Virus record (IMG/VR): IMGVR_UViG_3300005764_000033 | Coordinates: 1-43,185 of that record | Reading direction: 5' to 3' (one strand) | Origin: a virus | Taxonomy: Duplodnaviria; Caudoviricetes | Length of the DNA stretch: 43,185 nucleotides | In this document: positions 1 to 8,678 of the stretch, piece by piece | How the letters are laid out: each line of letters begins with the position of its first letter | Numbering within the stretch: position 1 is the stretch's first letter | Program-made: the position numbers and the translations under genes | The notes under the pieces: model-generated | Seen by the model: the letters and a program-made list of their open reading frames with translations, nothing else | Database searches by the model: none | What the model was told of the DNA's origin: nothing

Positions 1-216
1 GTGCAGACTGACAGCACGGGGAAATACTACAGCAACTATCTGAAGTTCCCTACGCGCAACCAAGCCGAAGCCTATGCCATCGACCTCGCCGGTCGCTGGA
101 CGGCAGTGAAGTACTGGCGAGTTGGCGAGACTAGCGAGCCCGCCAACTACCAATACCACGACGGCAAGATCGAGCCCTATCATGAGAAGGCATCATCAAC
201 TAGGAAGGAGAGTTAA
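1..216 (+). CDS. Hypothetical early protein (probably 5'-truncated)
   Basis: Frame open from the window edge; stop precedes the next gene's start. Confidence 0.6.
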   Translation: MQTDSTGKYYSNYLKFPTRNQAEAYAIDLAGRWTAVKYWRVGETSEPANYQYHDGKIEPYHEKASSTRKES

Positions 217-220
217 TAAC

Positions 221-412
221 GTGCCAGCATATTGGAGCGTCAAGGGTTACTACACTCGGGGCGCAGGACGTTTGATCACCACGGGCCGCCTGTCGACCAT
301 CGACAAGTACGACAAGACGCTGGCGACGGTGCGGCTGCTCAAGCGGATGAACATGCGTAAGCGCAAGCGTAAACAGCGTAAGACAGCTAAAACCCCCAAG
401 GAGGGATCATGA
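221..412 (+). CDS. Small basic hypothetical protein
   Basis: AAGGAG RBS then GTG at 221; K/R-rich C-terminus; ATGA overlap with next gene. Confidence 0.6.
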   Translation: MPAYWSVKGYYTRGAGRLITTGRLSTIDKYDKTLATVRLLKRMNMRKRKRKQRKTAKTPKEGS

Positions 413-741
413 CACCGAACCAAATCAAGGCCATCGTCAAGGAACTGAGGCAGGACGGCGAACTGCCGGTCTGCGCTTTCCAACTGCGATCGGGCCCCAT
501 CCATACCGGCACGTGGCAGGTCATGAGCATGGGCCTCATCATGCTGACGCTGAGTGACAGGGACGCGCCGCCGATCTACATCGACTGCATTGCCGTCGAT
601 GCCATCGCGGTGTCGAACGCCAACGGGCCGCGGGCCGCCAACACCGAGGCGGTGCCGGTCCCTTTGCCGCGCGCCGCCCGGTCGAGAAGTATGAAGCCCA
701 CATCTTCGCATGGTGGCTCTACCACTTCTTCAACGAGGTAG
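409..741 (+). CDS. Hypothetical protein
   Basis: GGAGG RBS, ATGA coupling. Confidence 0.7.
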   Translation: MTPNQIKAIVKELRQDGELPVCAFQLRSGPIHTGTWQVMSMGLIMLTLSDRDAPPIYIDCIAVDAIAVSNANGPRAANTEAVPVPLPRAARSRSMKPTSSHGGSTTSSTR

Positions 742-747
742 ACGATC

Positions 748-1185
748 ATGGCTAGGAAGTTCAAAGGCCGGGACATCGTCAATCCGTCCCGTGGCATGCG
801 GCTCAGGGTGACCGAGGCCGACATCAAGAAGGGCACGCCGCTCGACCCCGAGAACTGCGCGGTGGCCGAGTGCATCAAGCGCATCACCGGTGCCGACGAA
901 GTCAGCGTGCATCGTGGCGTCGTCATGATCGTCAAGGGCAACAAGGCCCATCGCCTGATGACGTCATCGGGCGTGCGCCTCGAAACCATCGTGTTCGACC
1001 GGGGTGGCGTGTTCATCCCCGGCGAGTACGATCTCAAGCCGGTGCCTGCTCACATCATCGCGCCCAAGAAGAAGTCCAAGTCGGCTCCCCGTACGGGGAT
1101 GGCAGCCAAGCTCAGCCGACGCCGCACGATCATCCCCGGCGTGCGCCGTCGCCTGTATGAAATCAAGAAAGAAGAGGACAAGTAA
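748..1185 (+). CDS. Phage hypothetical protein (basic C-terminus)
   Basis: GAGGT RBS, strong GC3 codon bias; VTEADIKKG...CAVAECIKR segment resembles other phage hypotheticals (recollection). Confidence 0.75.
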   Translation: MARKFKGRDIVNPSRGMRLRVTEADIKKGTPLDPENCAVAECIKRITGADEVSVHRGVVMIVKGNKAHRLMTSSGVRLETIVFDRGGVFIPGEYDLKPVPAHIIAPKKKSKSAPRTGMAAKLSRRRTIIPGVRRRLYEIKKEEDK

Positions 1186-1698
1186 ATGCCACGCAAGAAA
1201 CCCGAAGCCGAGGCCGACGCGGAGATCGCTCATCTCAAGCAGCGCATCGCCGAGTTGGAGAAGGACCACAAGCAGCGCGTCCACGAGATGATGGAGCGCG
1301 TCAGGCTCAAGCGCTTGGGCAACATCAAGCGGCTGAACCTGCTCAAGCATTGCCAGCGCAACAACTACGATCGCGCCGACATGCGCTGGGTCATCGCCGA
1401 ACTGCCGTTGGAGCGTGTCTCGGCTAAGCACCGATTGGCAAGTGGGGAGAAGCCCAAGCGAGGCCGACCAGTCAAGCAGAACAAGACGACCATCAAGCAT
1501 CCCGCGTTCGCCCGCGTCATCGACAAGGCGATGCGGGCCAAGATGCTGACGCCCCAGCAGGTCGCCGACAAGGTCAAGGTCCACGTCTCGTCGGTCCATG
1601 GCTGGATGCGCGGCACTTCGTTCCCCATCAAGGAGGGCGTGGTGCCCAAGCTGATGGAGATGCTTGACCTGCCCGAGGCCGCCTTCAAGAAGGGGTGA
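1186..1698 (+). CDS. XRE/Cro-like HTH DNA-binding protein with N-terminal coiled coil
   Basis: C-terminal LTPQQVADKVKVHVSSVHGWMRG..FP fits an XRE HTH; GAGGA RBS. Confidence 0.75.
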   Translation: MPRKKPEAEADAEIAHLKQRIAELEKDHKQRVHEMMERVRLKRLGNIKRLNLLKHCQRNNYDRADMRWVIAELPLERVSAKHRLASGEKPKRGRPVKQNKTTIKHPAFARVIDKAMRAKMLTPQQVADKVKVHVSSVHGWMRGTSFPIKEGVVPKLMEMLDLPEAAFKKG

Positions 1699-1931
1699 CC
1701 ATGGACGACGGGGAGATGTTCGTGACTGAACTGGAGGTGGAGATGCAGCGCTACGTGCTGCTCACCAAGAACTGGTCGGGCCATCACCGCTACCGGGTGA
1801 TGGCCAACTGGATGGGCATGCTGCGCATGCGGGAGATGAACGATTTCCTGCAGGCGCAGATGGCCGAGGCGGCAAAACTACACTCGGACCGGGCCTCAGA
1901 AGGCCCTGAGGAGGACGACAATGGCGTATGA
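1695..1931 (+). CDS. Hypothetical protein
   Basis: GTGA overlap (or ATG at 1701); codon bias. Confidence 0.6.
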   Translation: MTMDDGEMFVTELEVEMQRYVLLTKNWSGHHRYRVMANWMGMLRMREMNDFLQAQMAEAAKLHSDRASEGPEEDDNGV

Positions 1932-2184
1932 GGAAACAGCCAAGGTGCTGCTCGACACCCTGCTGGTCGCGGCCAATGCCAAGACCGACGAAGAGAAAGC
2001 CCGCGTGGCGTGGCGCTTCAACGACCTGATGTGGCGCGGCGTATTCGCGGGCAAGTGGGACATGGCGGCAGCCCGTGCCTTCAACAATCTCCTGCAGGAC
2101 CAGCAATGGGCGTGGGTCGACGGCCTGTGGTCGAAGGAAGAAGCTGAAGCAATGTATCCCAAGCCGCCCGAGACCAAGCAATGA
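1921..2184 (+). CDS. Hypothetical protein
   Basis: GAGGAGG RBS; coupled to neighbours. Confidence 0.7.
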   Translation: MAYEETAKVLLDTLLVAANAKTDEEKARVAWRFNDLMWRGVFAGKWDMAAARAFNNLLQDQQWAWVDGLWSKEEAEAMYPKPPETKQ

Positions 2185-2417
2185 CTGTCGTGAACGATAT
2201 GAAGCTGGCCGATGAACTGTGGGCGTGGGTCACTGACTATGGTGACGGCACTTACGGTTTGATCGGCACAGTCCTGCCGGGGCTGGGCCACACACCGTTG
2301 ATCGGCCGCAGCGAGAAGTCGATCCGTGTACTAGAACCATTGGCGCGCCAGCACGGCATGGTGCTGGGCCAGAAGGTGTTCCTCCGCAAATACGTCAAGG
2401 TGGAGGACTTCCCATGA
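2181..2417 (+). CDS. Hypothetical protein
   Basis: ATGA overlaps at both ends. Confidence 0.7.
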   Translation: MTVVNDMKLADELWAWVTDYGDGTYGLIGTVLPGLGHTPLIGRSEKSIRVLEPLARQHGMVLGQKVFLRKYVKVEDFP

Positions 2418-2713
2418 CCACCATCATCATGGGTGGCAACATGGAGGACTGGGGCTACATCCCCGGCTTCCTCAGCGACGACGATCCGCGCGGAGCCAAG
2501 GAGCAGTTCAACGACCGCTACATCAGCGGCTGGCAACCGTTCGATGGCTTCACGCTGAATAAGCAGACCATGCAACTCAAGTATCCCGGCGACCCGCCGA
2601 CCGAGATGCTCAGCGTCATGTTCTTCCGCGGCGAAGTCATCATCCTCTACGAGTTCAGTTGGGTGATGGTGCTGGAGCCGGACGGCACGTGGGAGGTGTG
2701 CCGCATGGATTAG
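2414..2713 (+). CDS. Phage hypothetical protein
   Basis: GGAGG RBS, ATGA overlap; YPGDPP and terminal VCRMD segments. Confidence 0.75.
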   Translation: MTTIIMGGNMEDWGYIPGFLSDDDPRGAKEQFNDRYISGWQPFDGFTLNKQTMQLKYPGDPPTEMLSVMFFRGEVIILYEFSWVMVLEPDGTWEVCRMD

Positions 2714-2757
2714 TAGCGTAGCGTAAGCGTTAAATGTTAAGTGAAAAGGAGAAGCAC

Positions 2758-3282
2758 ATGTGCTTGTTTTCCGTGTTCGCGAACCACAATATGCGTAAGG
2801 CCCGGGTCGAGGAGACCTTGACCCGTGGCGACTATGCTCGACACGCCTGCTTCAGGGGCGACGACGGACTGGTGACCTGCATCAAGCCAGGCACCAAGGT
2901 CGAGATCGCCAACCTGCGGCTCTGCCTGCACAAGCACTACACCAACACCGAAGGCAGGGTTGCCCAGCCCCATGGCACTGACGTGCTCCGCGAGCAGGTC
3001 AGTGCGTGGAACAACAAGACGCAAGTCCGCGGGACTTTCGTCCGTTGGCACGACAGCCATCATCAATACACAGCCGACGCGCTGTGGTTGGAGGATGGCC
3101 TTGTCATCCACATGGGTTGGATGGTCGAGGGCGTGACCATGCGCATCCCGCGCAAGGTCCGCAAGGACAAGGGGCTGAAGCGCCCGCGCAACCTCGACAA
3201 GGTGCTGGGCCTCGACCAGATCAAGGCCGAGGTGCCGCACGTCGATGACGCCGCCGTCTACATGACGACCGTCAACGAATAG
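2758..3282 (+). CDS. Hypothetical protein
   Basis: AAGGAG RBS before ATG 2758; followed by a terminator. Confidence 0.7.
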   Translation: MCLFSVFANHNMRKARVEETLTRGDYARHACFRGDDGLVTCIKPGTKVEIANLRLCLHKHYTNTEGRVAQPHGTDVLREQVSAWNNKTQVRGTFVRWHDSHHQYTADALWLEDGLVIHMGWMVEGVTMRIPRKVRKDKGLKRPRNLDKVLGLDQIKAEVPHVDDAAVYMTTVNE

Positions 3283-3291
3283 ACCGTTACG

Positions 3292-3329
3292 GGCGGGGCG
3301 AGCATGCTCGCCCCGCCTTCTTTTTATTT
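3292..3329 (+). terminator. Intrinsic terminator (perfect 26-bp palindrome plus T tract)
   Basis: GGCGGGGCGAGCATGCTCGCCCCGCC followed by TTCTTTTTATTT. Confidence 0.85.
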
Positions 3330-3343
3330 GAAAGGAGATACCG

Positions 3344-3520
3344 ATGCCGCATACCCGTGCCGAACTGCAGGCGATGGCGCAGATCGAACGCATCGCCGAC
3401 ATTCTCGAAGAGGCGACGAGGCAGATGAAGGCACTCAACATCACGCTCGAATCGATCAACAGCACGCTGGAGAAGCTCCATCGCGACTTCGCCAACACCA
3501 CCAACGGAGGCGGGCAATGA
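3344..3520 (+). CDS. 58-aa coiled-coil-like protein (absent from ORF track)
   Basis: AAAGGAG RBS; MPHTRAELQAMAQIERIADILEEATRQMKALNITLESINSTLEKLHRDFANTTNGGGQ; ATGA overlap with next gene. Confidence 0.75.
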   Translation: MPHTRAELQAMAQIERIADILEEATRQMKALNITLESINSTLEKLHRDFANTTNGGGQ

Positions 3521-3759
3521 TCAGGATGCTGGGACACAACAGCAAGACCAAGCGGCCAATGATCATCCTTGGCTTGAGCGACATCAACATCGTGCGGATG
3601 CGCGAGGGCAAGCCGATCCACATCCATGCCGATGACATGGGGTTCGCTGGCGAGATCGTCATCTTCACCGGCAAGACCGAGGACGACATGGCGAAGATGA
3701 TCTTGGAGAACTTCGAGGTCGGTCGGTTCACCGATCACCGTGGCAAGAAGAGGAACTGA
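3517..3759 (+). CDS. Hypothetical protein
   Basis: GGAGG RBS and ATGA overlap give start 3517 (MIRMLGHN...). Confidence 0.7.
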   Translation: MIRMLGHNSKTKRPMIILGLSDINIVRMREGKPIHIHADDMGFAGEIVIFTGKTEDDMAKMILENFEVGRFTDHRGKKRN

Positions 3760-3760
3760 C

Positions 3761-4273
3761 ATGGAACAGGAGCGGAAAGGCGAACCTGCCGATGGCGACT
3801 TCAAGCAATGGTTCGAGAGGATCAGCGAACGTGTATTGGCATTGGCCAGCCAGATCATCTTCGACAAAGGCGAGATGCACGCGCCGATGCTGCTCGTGTT
3901 CAACAAGGGCAGCACGGATATGATCCCCTTGCTGCTCGACTTCAGCACGCTGCAATGCAAGAGCATCGAGGCGGCCAAGCATCGTTATGTTGCCAGTCAA
4001 ACGGACCTGTGCGACGGCGCGATCATGGTGACCGAAGCATGGACGCTGGCGCTGGAGAAGGGCAAGCGGCGCAAGGACTACCCGGACAGTCTGGAGCATG
4101 CGCAAGGCCGCAGGGAGATGCTGATGTTCAGCGCCATGCGCGGACGCATGCAACTGCTGGCCCTGTACGAGATCAACCGCAAGACCAAGCAGTTCGAGAA
4201 CAGGCAACTCGTCGACCCCACTGATGAGCATTCGACGGGGCGGATGATCTTGAACCGACCGACCAAACATTGA
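3761..4273 (+). CDS. Hypothetical protein
   Basis: GAGGA RBS before ATG 3761; codon bias. Confidence 0.7.
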   Translation: MEQERKGEPADGDFKQWFERISERVLALASQIIFDKGEMHAPMLLVFNKGSTDMIPLLLDFSTLQCKSIEAAKHRYVASQTDLCDGAIMVTEAWTLALEKGKRRKDYPDSLEHAQGRREMLMFSAMRGRMQLLALYEINRKTKQFENRQLVDPTDEHSTGRMILNRPTKH

Positions 4274-4282
4274 GGGACTGAC

Positions 4283-4510
4283 ATGAACCTGCTGAACAAA
4301 CGTGAACTGCACAAGCGCATCGTCGCCACGCTATTGAGCAATGGCTTCTATACCATTAAGCACGACATCCCCGGCGAGCATATCATCTGCGAAGTGCCGA
4401 CGCTGGAGATGGCGGGCTGTATCGTTGCGGCGTTGCGCGAACGGCAGGTCAGCAAGCTCGCCTTGCACCTACTGGCTAAGAAGCATACGGCTACTAAGAA
4501 GAGGAGGTGA
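4283..4510 (+). CDS. Hypothetical protein
   Basis: GAGGG RBS; fills the gap between neighbours. Confidence 0.6.
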   Translation: MNLLNKRELHKRIVATLLSNGFYTIKHDIPGEHIICEVPTLEMAGCIVAALRERQVSKLALHLLAKKHTATKKRR

Positions 4511-4511
4511 T

Positions 4512-4880
4512 GTGTTCGACCATTACATTCTCGACAAGAACCGGATGGCCGTGCCGGTCGATGCAATGACGTGGGGTCATTGGTTCGAGAAAGCGAGTCG
4601 GTCACGTGAGCGCATGGTGGCGCAGGAGGAGATCGGCGAGACTTACTACGTCTCGACCGTGTTCCTCGGTCTCGACCACAGCTTTGGCTCCAATGCCGAT
4701 CCGATGTTGTTCGAGGCAATGATCTTCATCTCGGCGGATTGGAGCGAACACCACATGTCCGAAATCTGGATGGCTCGTTGCGGCACATGGGATGACGCCA
4801 TCGACATGCACGAGCGCGCGGTCGCGCATGCCCAGAAGTTGTTGCGTCAACTACCTGTTATCGTAGAGGAGAGATCATGA
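4512..4880 (+). CDS. Phage hypothetical protein (VSTVFLGLDH-type family)
   Basis: GAGGAGG RBS before GTG 4512; VSTVFLGLDHSFG...LFEAMIF segment recalled from other phages. Confidence 0.7.
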   Translation: MFDHYILDKNRMAVPVDAMTWGHWFEKASRSRERMVAQEEIGETYYVSTVFLGLDHSFGSNADPMLFEAMIFISADWSEHHMSEIWMARCGTWDDAIDMHERAVAHAQKLLRQLPVIVEERS

Positions 4881-5065
4881 CCGACAAATGGCGATCAGAA
4901 CTATGTTCATGCGGCTCAGGACAGCAACGTAGGCCCTTGTCCGACGCCAAAGGTTACTTCGTGGCCTACGTTTGCGAGGAGTGTGAACCCAATGTCAAAA
5001 AGAAATATAGGCCGGAAATATTCACAGACCCGGATTACTACGCGCCGGATGATGAGGAGGAATGA
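4877..5065 (+). CDS. Small putative zinc-binding protein
   Basis: CSCGSG and CEEC motifs; GAGGAG RBS; ATGA overlap. Confidence 0.7.
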   Translation: MTDKWRSELCSCGSGQQRRPLSDAKGYFVAYVCEECEPNVKKKYRPEIFTDPDYYAPDDEEE

Positions 5066-5066
5066 G

Positions 5067-5303
5067 GTGGTCGTCAAAGCGGAGATCAGGCTCACGATCC
5101 TGCTGCCCGCCAAGTCGGTCGAGGATGCGGCAGCTACACTCGGGCAGTGCGATCTCGGCGACATCTACTTCGAGATCACCGATGGCCAGTGGCTGGGCAA
5201 CATCGAACTGATCAAGACCGAGCGCGTGCTGCCGTGGAACCTGAGCGCCGAGTGCGTCGCACTCGACGGACCTACCGACTTCTTTGGAGACAACGATGGC
5301 TAG
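5067..5303 (+). CDS. Hypothetical acidic protein
   Basis: GAGGAGG RBS 6 nt before GTG 5067 (ATG 5049/5052 are alternatives). Confidence 0.6.
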   Translation: MVVKAEIRLTILLPAKSVEDAAATLGQCDLGDIYFEITDGQWLGNIELIKTERVLPWNLSAECVALDGPTDFFGDNDG

Positions 5304-6918
5304 ACGAAAGGGCAAGATGATCCACGGCAGTCCGCAGGGCACACCTGCCGTCACCATCCCTGCCGGTCGACCGATAAGCGAGGTCTACGACACGATCGAC
5401 AAGTACGCGACTGATCCCCGTACGGGGACCGATCGTCAGCCGACGACGCATCACGGTTGGGGTCGCGGGGACATTCCCGTGACCCCAAGAAGTATTCAGA
5501 ACGCACCGACTGGTGCCGGTACATCCGGCACCATCGACGTCCCATCATTGGGCATACCCAGTCCGAGCGGGGGCAAATCTCCCGCTCTCGACTTCTCCGA
5601 CGCCTTGATGCGCGGCGATCCGCGCGCCACCGAAGCATTGGCGCGCTCGATGGCCGACGCCAAGCGCGACAAGAACGCCAGCCTTGCCGACCAGTTCATG
5701 GCCGATTCGGAACGGCAAGCTGACTACTGGGGCTTCAAGGGCCGCAAGGCCAAGAACTTCAATGCGATGCTGGAGCGCTATCGCAACGAGATGCGGCGCG
5801 CCCATCGCTTCCACCTCGAAGACGACTTCACGGCCATGGCGACCGCCGTGAGTTCGTCGACCGACGCCAAGAAGCTGCTGTACCGCCTGCAGTACGCCAC
5901 GCTGCCCTACGAGATCACGTGGATCGAGTTCGATCCCCGGGTCAAGATGCGCGTCATCCATCGCATGCGTGGTCGTGACAATCGTTCGCTCGAAGGCGTG
6001 CCGGACCGCATGGGCATCATGCTCTATCGCATCAACGAGACCGACACGCTGTGCCAGTTGTTCGCTGCCTATCCCACGTCAGGTCGCGATCTCTTGGCCC
6101 CGCATCTCACCTGTTACTTCTTCTCAACCGTCGAGCGCGACTTCGCCAAAGGCGGCGCTATTCATTTCGGTGCGTCGGCAATGGCCATGGTGCAGGGGCC
6201 CGAGCGGCCCGAGCAGGACCGTGTAATCATGCCATCGTCGGAAGAGGAGACCAGCAGGGCATCCGATGATCCGCACAATCTCAGCAAGGGCGCGTTGTGG
6301 GGCTATGGCCCGGGGCCGATCGGTATCATCGACACCATGGAGAAGTTCGAGACGCTACAAGCACCAAGTTTCCTCCGGCGGCATGGCGACTCGGGGCAGT
6401 CGCGTTACAGCAAGGCACTGTACGAAGCGACCGACAGCGAGCGGCTGAAGGAGACGTTTGGCCGGATGGTCCTTGCCGAGCTTGCCGAGTTCGGCGGCTT
6501 CGTGCGCTGGGTCGTCACCGTGCTGGCCATGCTCAACGAAATCCCAGTGCGCAACGAGCACATGCAGCCGCAAGGTCAGATGCGCATCGGGCTGACCGGC
6601 AGGCGGCGGTACCTCGACTATCATCGCCTGACGTTGCGCCTGCCCAAGAGCAAGCCGCTGCAGTACATCGAGCGCAAGCTGCGCAACGTCGATCGGGCCC
6701 GTCACCGGGCGCACGAGGTACGTTCGCACTGGCGCACCTACCTCGTTGCCCAACCGTGCAGCCGTGACACCCACGACTGGGAGTACGACTATCAGGAAGG
6801 CTACCGGCTGTGCGGCAAGTGCATGTCCTTCTCAACGCTGGTCAAGGAGCATGTGCGCGGCGATCCCAACCTCGGTTGGGTGAAGAAGGAATATGTAATT
6901 AAGAAGGAGCAGCCATGA
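5296..6918 (+). CDS. Large phage hypothetical protein with His/Cys-rich C-terminal domain
   Basis: GGAG RBS before ATG 5296; RAHEVRSHWR...C..H...CGKC...HVRGD.. C-terminus. Confidence 0.8.
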   Translation: MARRKGKMIHGSPQGTPAVTIPAGRPISEVYDTIDKYATDPRTGTDRQPTTHHGWGRGDIPVTPRSIQNAPTGAGTSGTIDVPSLGIPSPSGGKSPALDFSDALMRGDPRATEALARSMADAKRDKNASLADQFMADSERQADYWGFKGRKAKNFNAMLERYRNEMRRAHRFHLEDDFTAMATAVSSSTDAKKLLYRLQYATLPYEITWIEFDPRVKMRVIHRMRGRDNRSLEGVPDRMGIMLYRINETDTLCQLFAAYPTSGRDLLAPHLTCYFFSTVERDFAKGGAIHFGASAMAMVQGPERPEQDRVIMPSSEEETSRASDDPHNLSKGALWGYGPGPIGIIDTMEKFETLQAPSFLRRHGDSGQSRYSKALYEATDSERLKETFGRMVLAELAEFGGFVRWVVTVLAMLNEIPVRNEHMQPQGQMRIGLTGRRRYLDYHRLTLRLPKSKPLQYIERKLRNVDRARHRAHEVRSHWRTYLVAQPCSRDTHDWEYDYQEGYRLCGKCMSFSTLVKEHVRGDPNLGWVKKEYVIKKEQP

Positions 6919-6967
6919 TTGCCAAGATACATCAGCTTCGTCACAACCACAGTAAAGGAGGTAACTA

Positions 6968-7561
6968 ATGCCGCCAACCACCCCTGCCGTCATGGGCGGG
7001 CGCAAGATCGCGCGTCCACTCAAGACACTCATCCCGATGATCCAGTCCGAGTTGCAGCAAGGCAATTCGGCGGGTCACGATCACTATCGTCGCGCTGGTG
7101 AAATGCTGATCGAAGCCAAGGATCAGGTCGGCTACGGCAGTTGGACCAAATGGCTAGCCAAGAACTTCGACCTAAGTCGGCATACGGCATCGACCTACAT
7201 GCGGTGGGCGCGTGAGCACGATGACTTGGGAAACGGAGTTTCCCAACCGCGCTACACCAGCATGAGGGACATGACTGGCGCTGCCGAACACCAACGTGAG
7301 CAGCGCCGCTCGCCGCAGCAGCAAGCCTTCAAGCGCGTGCTGCATGAGGTGGCGCGCGACGACTTCGTGCAGGAGCGGCAGGCCCGTGATCAGGAAATCC
7401 AACTGCATCGCGAGCTAGCCGAGCAGCTAATTGATGCCGGATACCGTGCATTGGCAACTAAGCTTCACCCGGATCGCGGCGGGTCGAAGGACGCAATGAC
7501 GCGTCTCAATCGTGTCCGCGATGAACTGAAGGAAGTAGCAACCACAAGGAGGTTTGTATGA
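6968..7561 (+). CDS. DUF3102-like N-terminal domain fused to a C-terminal DnaJ-like J-domain fragment
   Basis: AGEMLIEAKDQVGYGSWTKWLAKNFDLSRHTASTYMRWA; YRALATKLHPDRGGSKDAMTRLN (HPD motif); AAGGAGG RBS. Confidence 0.75.
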   Translation: MPPTTPAVMGGRKIARPLKTLIPMIQSELQQGNSAGHDHYRRAGEMLIEAKDQVGYGSWTKWLAKNFDLSRHTASTYMRWAREHDDLGNGVSQPRYTSMRDMTGAAEHQREQRRSPQQQAFKRVLHEVARDDFVQERQARDQEIQLHRELAEQLIDAGYRALATKLHPDRGGSKDAMTRLNRVRDELKEVATTRRFV

Positions 7562-7794
7562 GCAACTCAGTGATCGCCCACAAGCCCGCCAGCGTGATGC
7601 GTACTTACACCCAGCAGGTGCGTGACCACAGTGCCGCCATGGCACGTCTTCAGGATCAGTACTTCGCCGCGCTCAAGCGCGCCGAGGCGCAGTATTTTGA
7701 AGGTGTGAAGCGCATCACCGACGCCTTGGCGCAAGGCACTGCGCCAGAGCCAGAGACCGCGCCAGAGGGCAAGGCCGAAACCTCGGCATCGTAG
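7558..7794 (+). CDS. Hypothetical helical protein
   Basis: AAGGAGG RBS; ATGA overlap; terminator follows. Confidence 0.75.
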   Translation: MSNSVIAHKPASVMRTYTQQVRDHSAAMARLQDQYFAALKRAEAQYFEGVKRITDALAQGTAPEPETAPEGKAETSAS

Positions 7795-7805
7795 TGACAC
7801 CAACT

Positions 7806-7833
7806 AGGGGCGGCTTCGGCCGCCCCTTCTTTT
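7806..7833 (+). terminator. Intrinsic terminator with cUUCGg tetraloop
   Basis: AGGGGCGGC-TTCG-GCCGCCCCT then TCTTTT. Confidence 0.9.
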
Positions 7834-7850
7834 CGGGAGATAGGTAAACG

Positions 7851-8066
7851 ATGATAACGAGTACTGCGTTCAACATCTTCTGCTGGCTGATCTGCCTTTG
7901 GATATGGGCTGGCAACATGCGGCGCGGCTGGCAGGGCTACGGCTGGTTCTGGGTCTCGGTCGCCATGGTGTCGATCAGTGCGTTGGCCATCGGGTTCTCC
8001 GTTGCCAAGTTCTTGGACTTGGCCCCTGACGAGATCATGCGTTTACAAGCTGGGAGGCAACCATGA
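7851..8066 (+). CDS. Small membrane protein (2 predicted TM helices)
   Basis: Two hydrophobic Trp-rich stretches; ATGA overlap with next gene. Confidence 0.65.
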   Translation: MITSTAFNIFCWLICLWIWAGNMRRGWQGYGWFWVSVAMVSISALAIGFSVAKFLDLAPDEIMRLQAGRQP

Positions 8067-8290
8067 CAGACCGCGAACTCAAGCTCGAAGAGGCACTGAC
8101 GCAAATCCTGCAATGGTGCATGGCCTATCCTGAAACGATGTTCAAGCCAGTGTCTGATCGGGAATTGCATGAGACAGCCGAACTGCTCAAACGCATGGGC
8201 CCTATCAGCATGGATCGACTGCATGGATCATGGGCGCGCCATCTGCTCGACGGCATCGGCAACATCGCAAGGAAAGGACTCGAACCATGA
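8063..8290 (+). CDS. Hypothetical protein
   Basis: GGAGG RBS; ATGA overlap. Confidence 0.7.
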   Translation: MTDRELKLEEALTQILQWCMAYPETMFKPVSDRELHETAELLKRMGPISMDRLHGSWARHLLDGIGNIARKGLEP

Positions 8291-8394
8291 CCTTCGATCT
8301 ATTCCTAATCTTCATCCTGTCGATCATGTTCGCCAAGGTGGCGATCGGGATTCAACTGTTCATCTACCTCGTGCCGATGGAGAAAATCGAATGA
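8287..8394 (+). CDS. 35-aa single-TM microprotein (absent from ORF track)
   Basis: AAGGA RBS, ATGA overlaps both ends; MTFDLFLIFILSIMFAKVAIGIQLFIYLVPMEKIE. Confidence 0.6.
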   Translation: MTFDLFLIFILSIMFAKVAIGIQLFIYLVPMEKIE

Positions 8395-8477
8395 GCTTCA
8401 CACTGTTCTGTATCATCCTGCTGACGATGGCCATCTACCTGTTCATCTTGGTCCTCAATAGAAACAGGAGGAAGTAG
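8391..8477 (+). CDS. 28-aa single-TM microprotein
   Basis: GGAG RBS, ATGA overlap; MSFTLFCIILLTMAIYLFILVLNRNRRK (hydrophobic helix plus basic tail). Confidence 0.6.
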   Translation: MSFTLFCIILLTMAIYLFILVLNRNRRK

Positions 8478-8478
8478 C

Positions 8479-8664
8479 ATGAAAGAAACCTATTCGATGC
8501 GGGCCCGCATCGACACGCTCGACAACGGCTGCACCATGGTCATCCGGCGGCACGAGACGCCCAACTCGGTGGGCATTGTCGTGCTGAAACGGGTCTACAC
8601 CGACATGGAAACGCTGATAAAGGACTTGGAGCAGGTGATGAAGTTCAATTGGTCGAAGAAGTAG
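8479..8664 (+). CDS. Hypothetical protein
   Basis: AGGAGG RBS. Confidence 0.7.
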   Translation: MKETYSMRARIDTLDNGCTMVIRRHETPNSVGIVVLKRVYTDMETLIKDLEQVMKFNWSKK

Positions 8665-8678
8665 AAAGGAATTGTTCA

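Noticed and set aside
355-390. GCGTAA-like short repeats
   Set aside because: Explained by coding for RKRKRKQRK
2737-3978. 413-aa - strand ORF (also 12491-13849 and 9255-10016)
   Set aside because: Antisense to well-supported + strand genes and crosses their terminator; shadow ORFs
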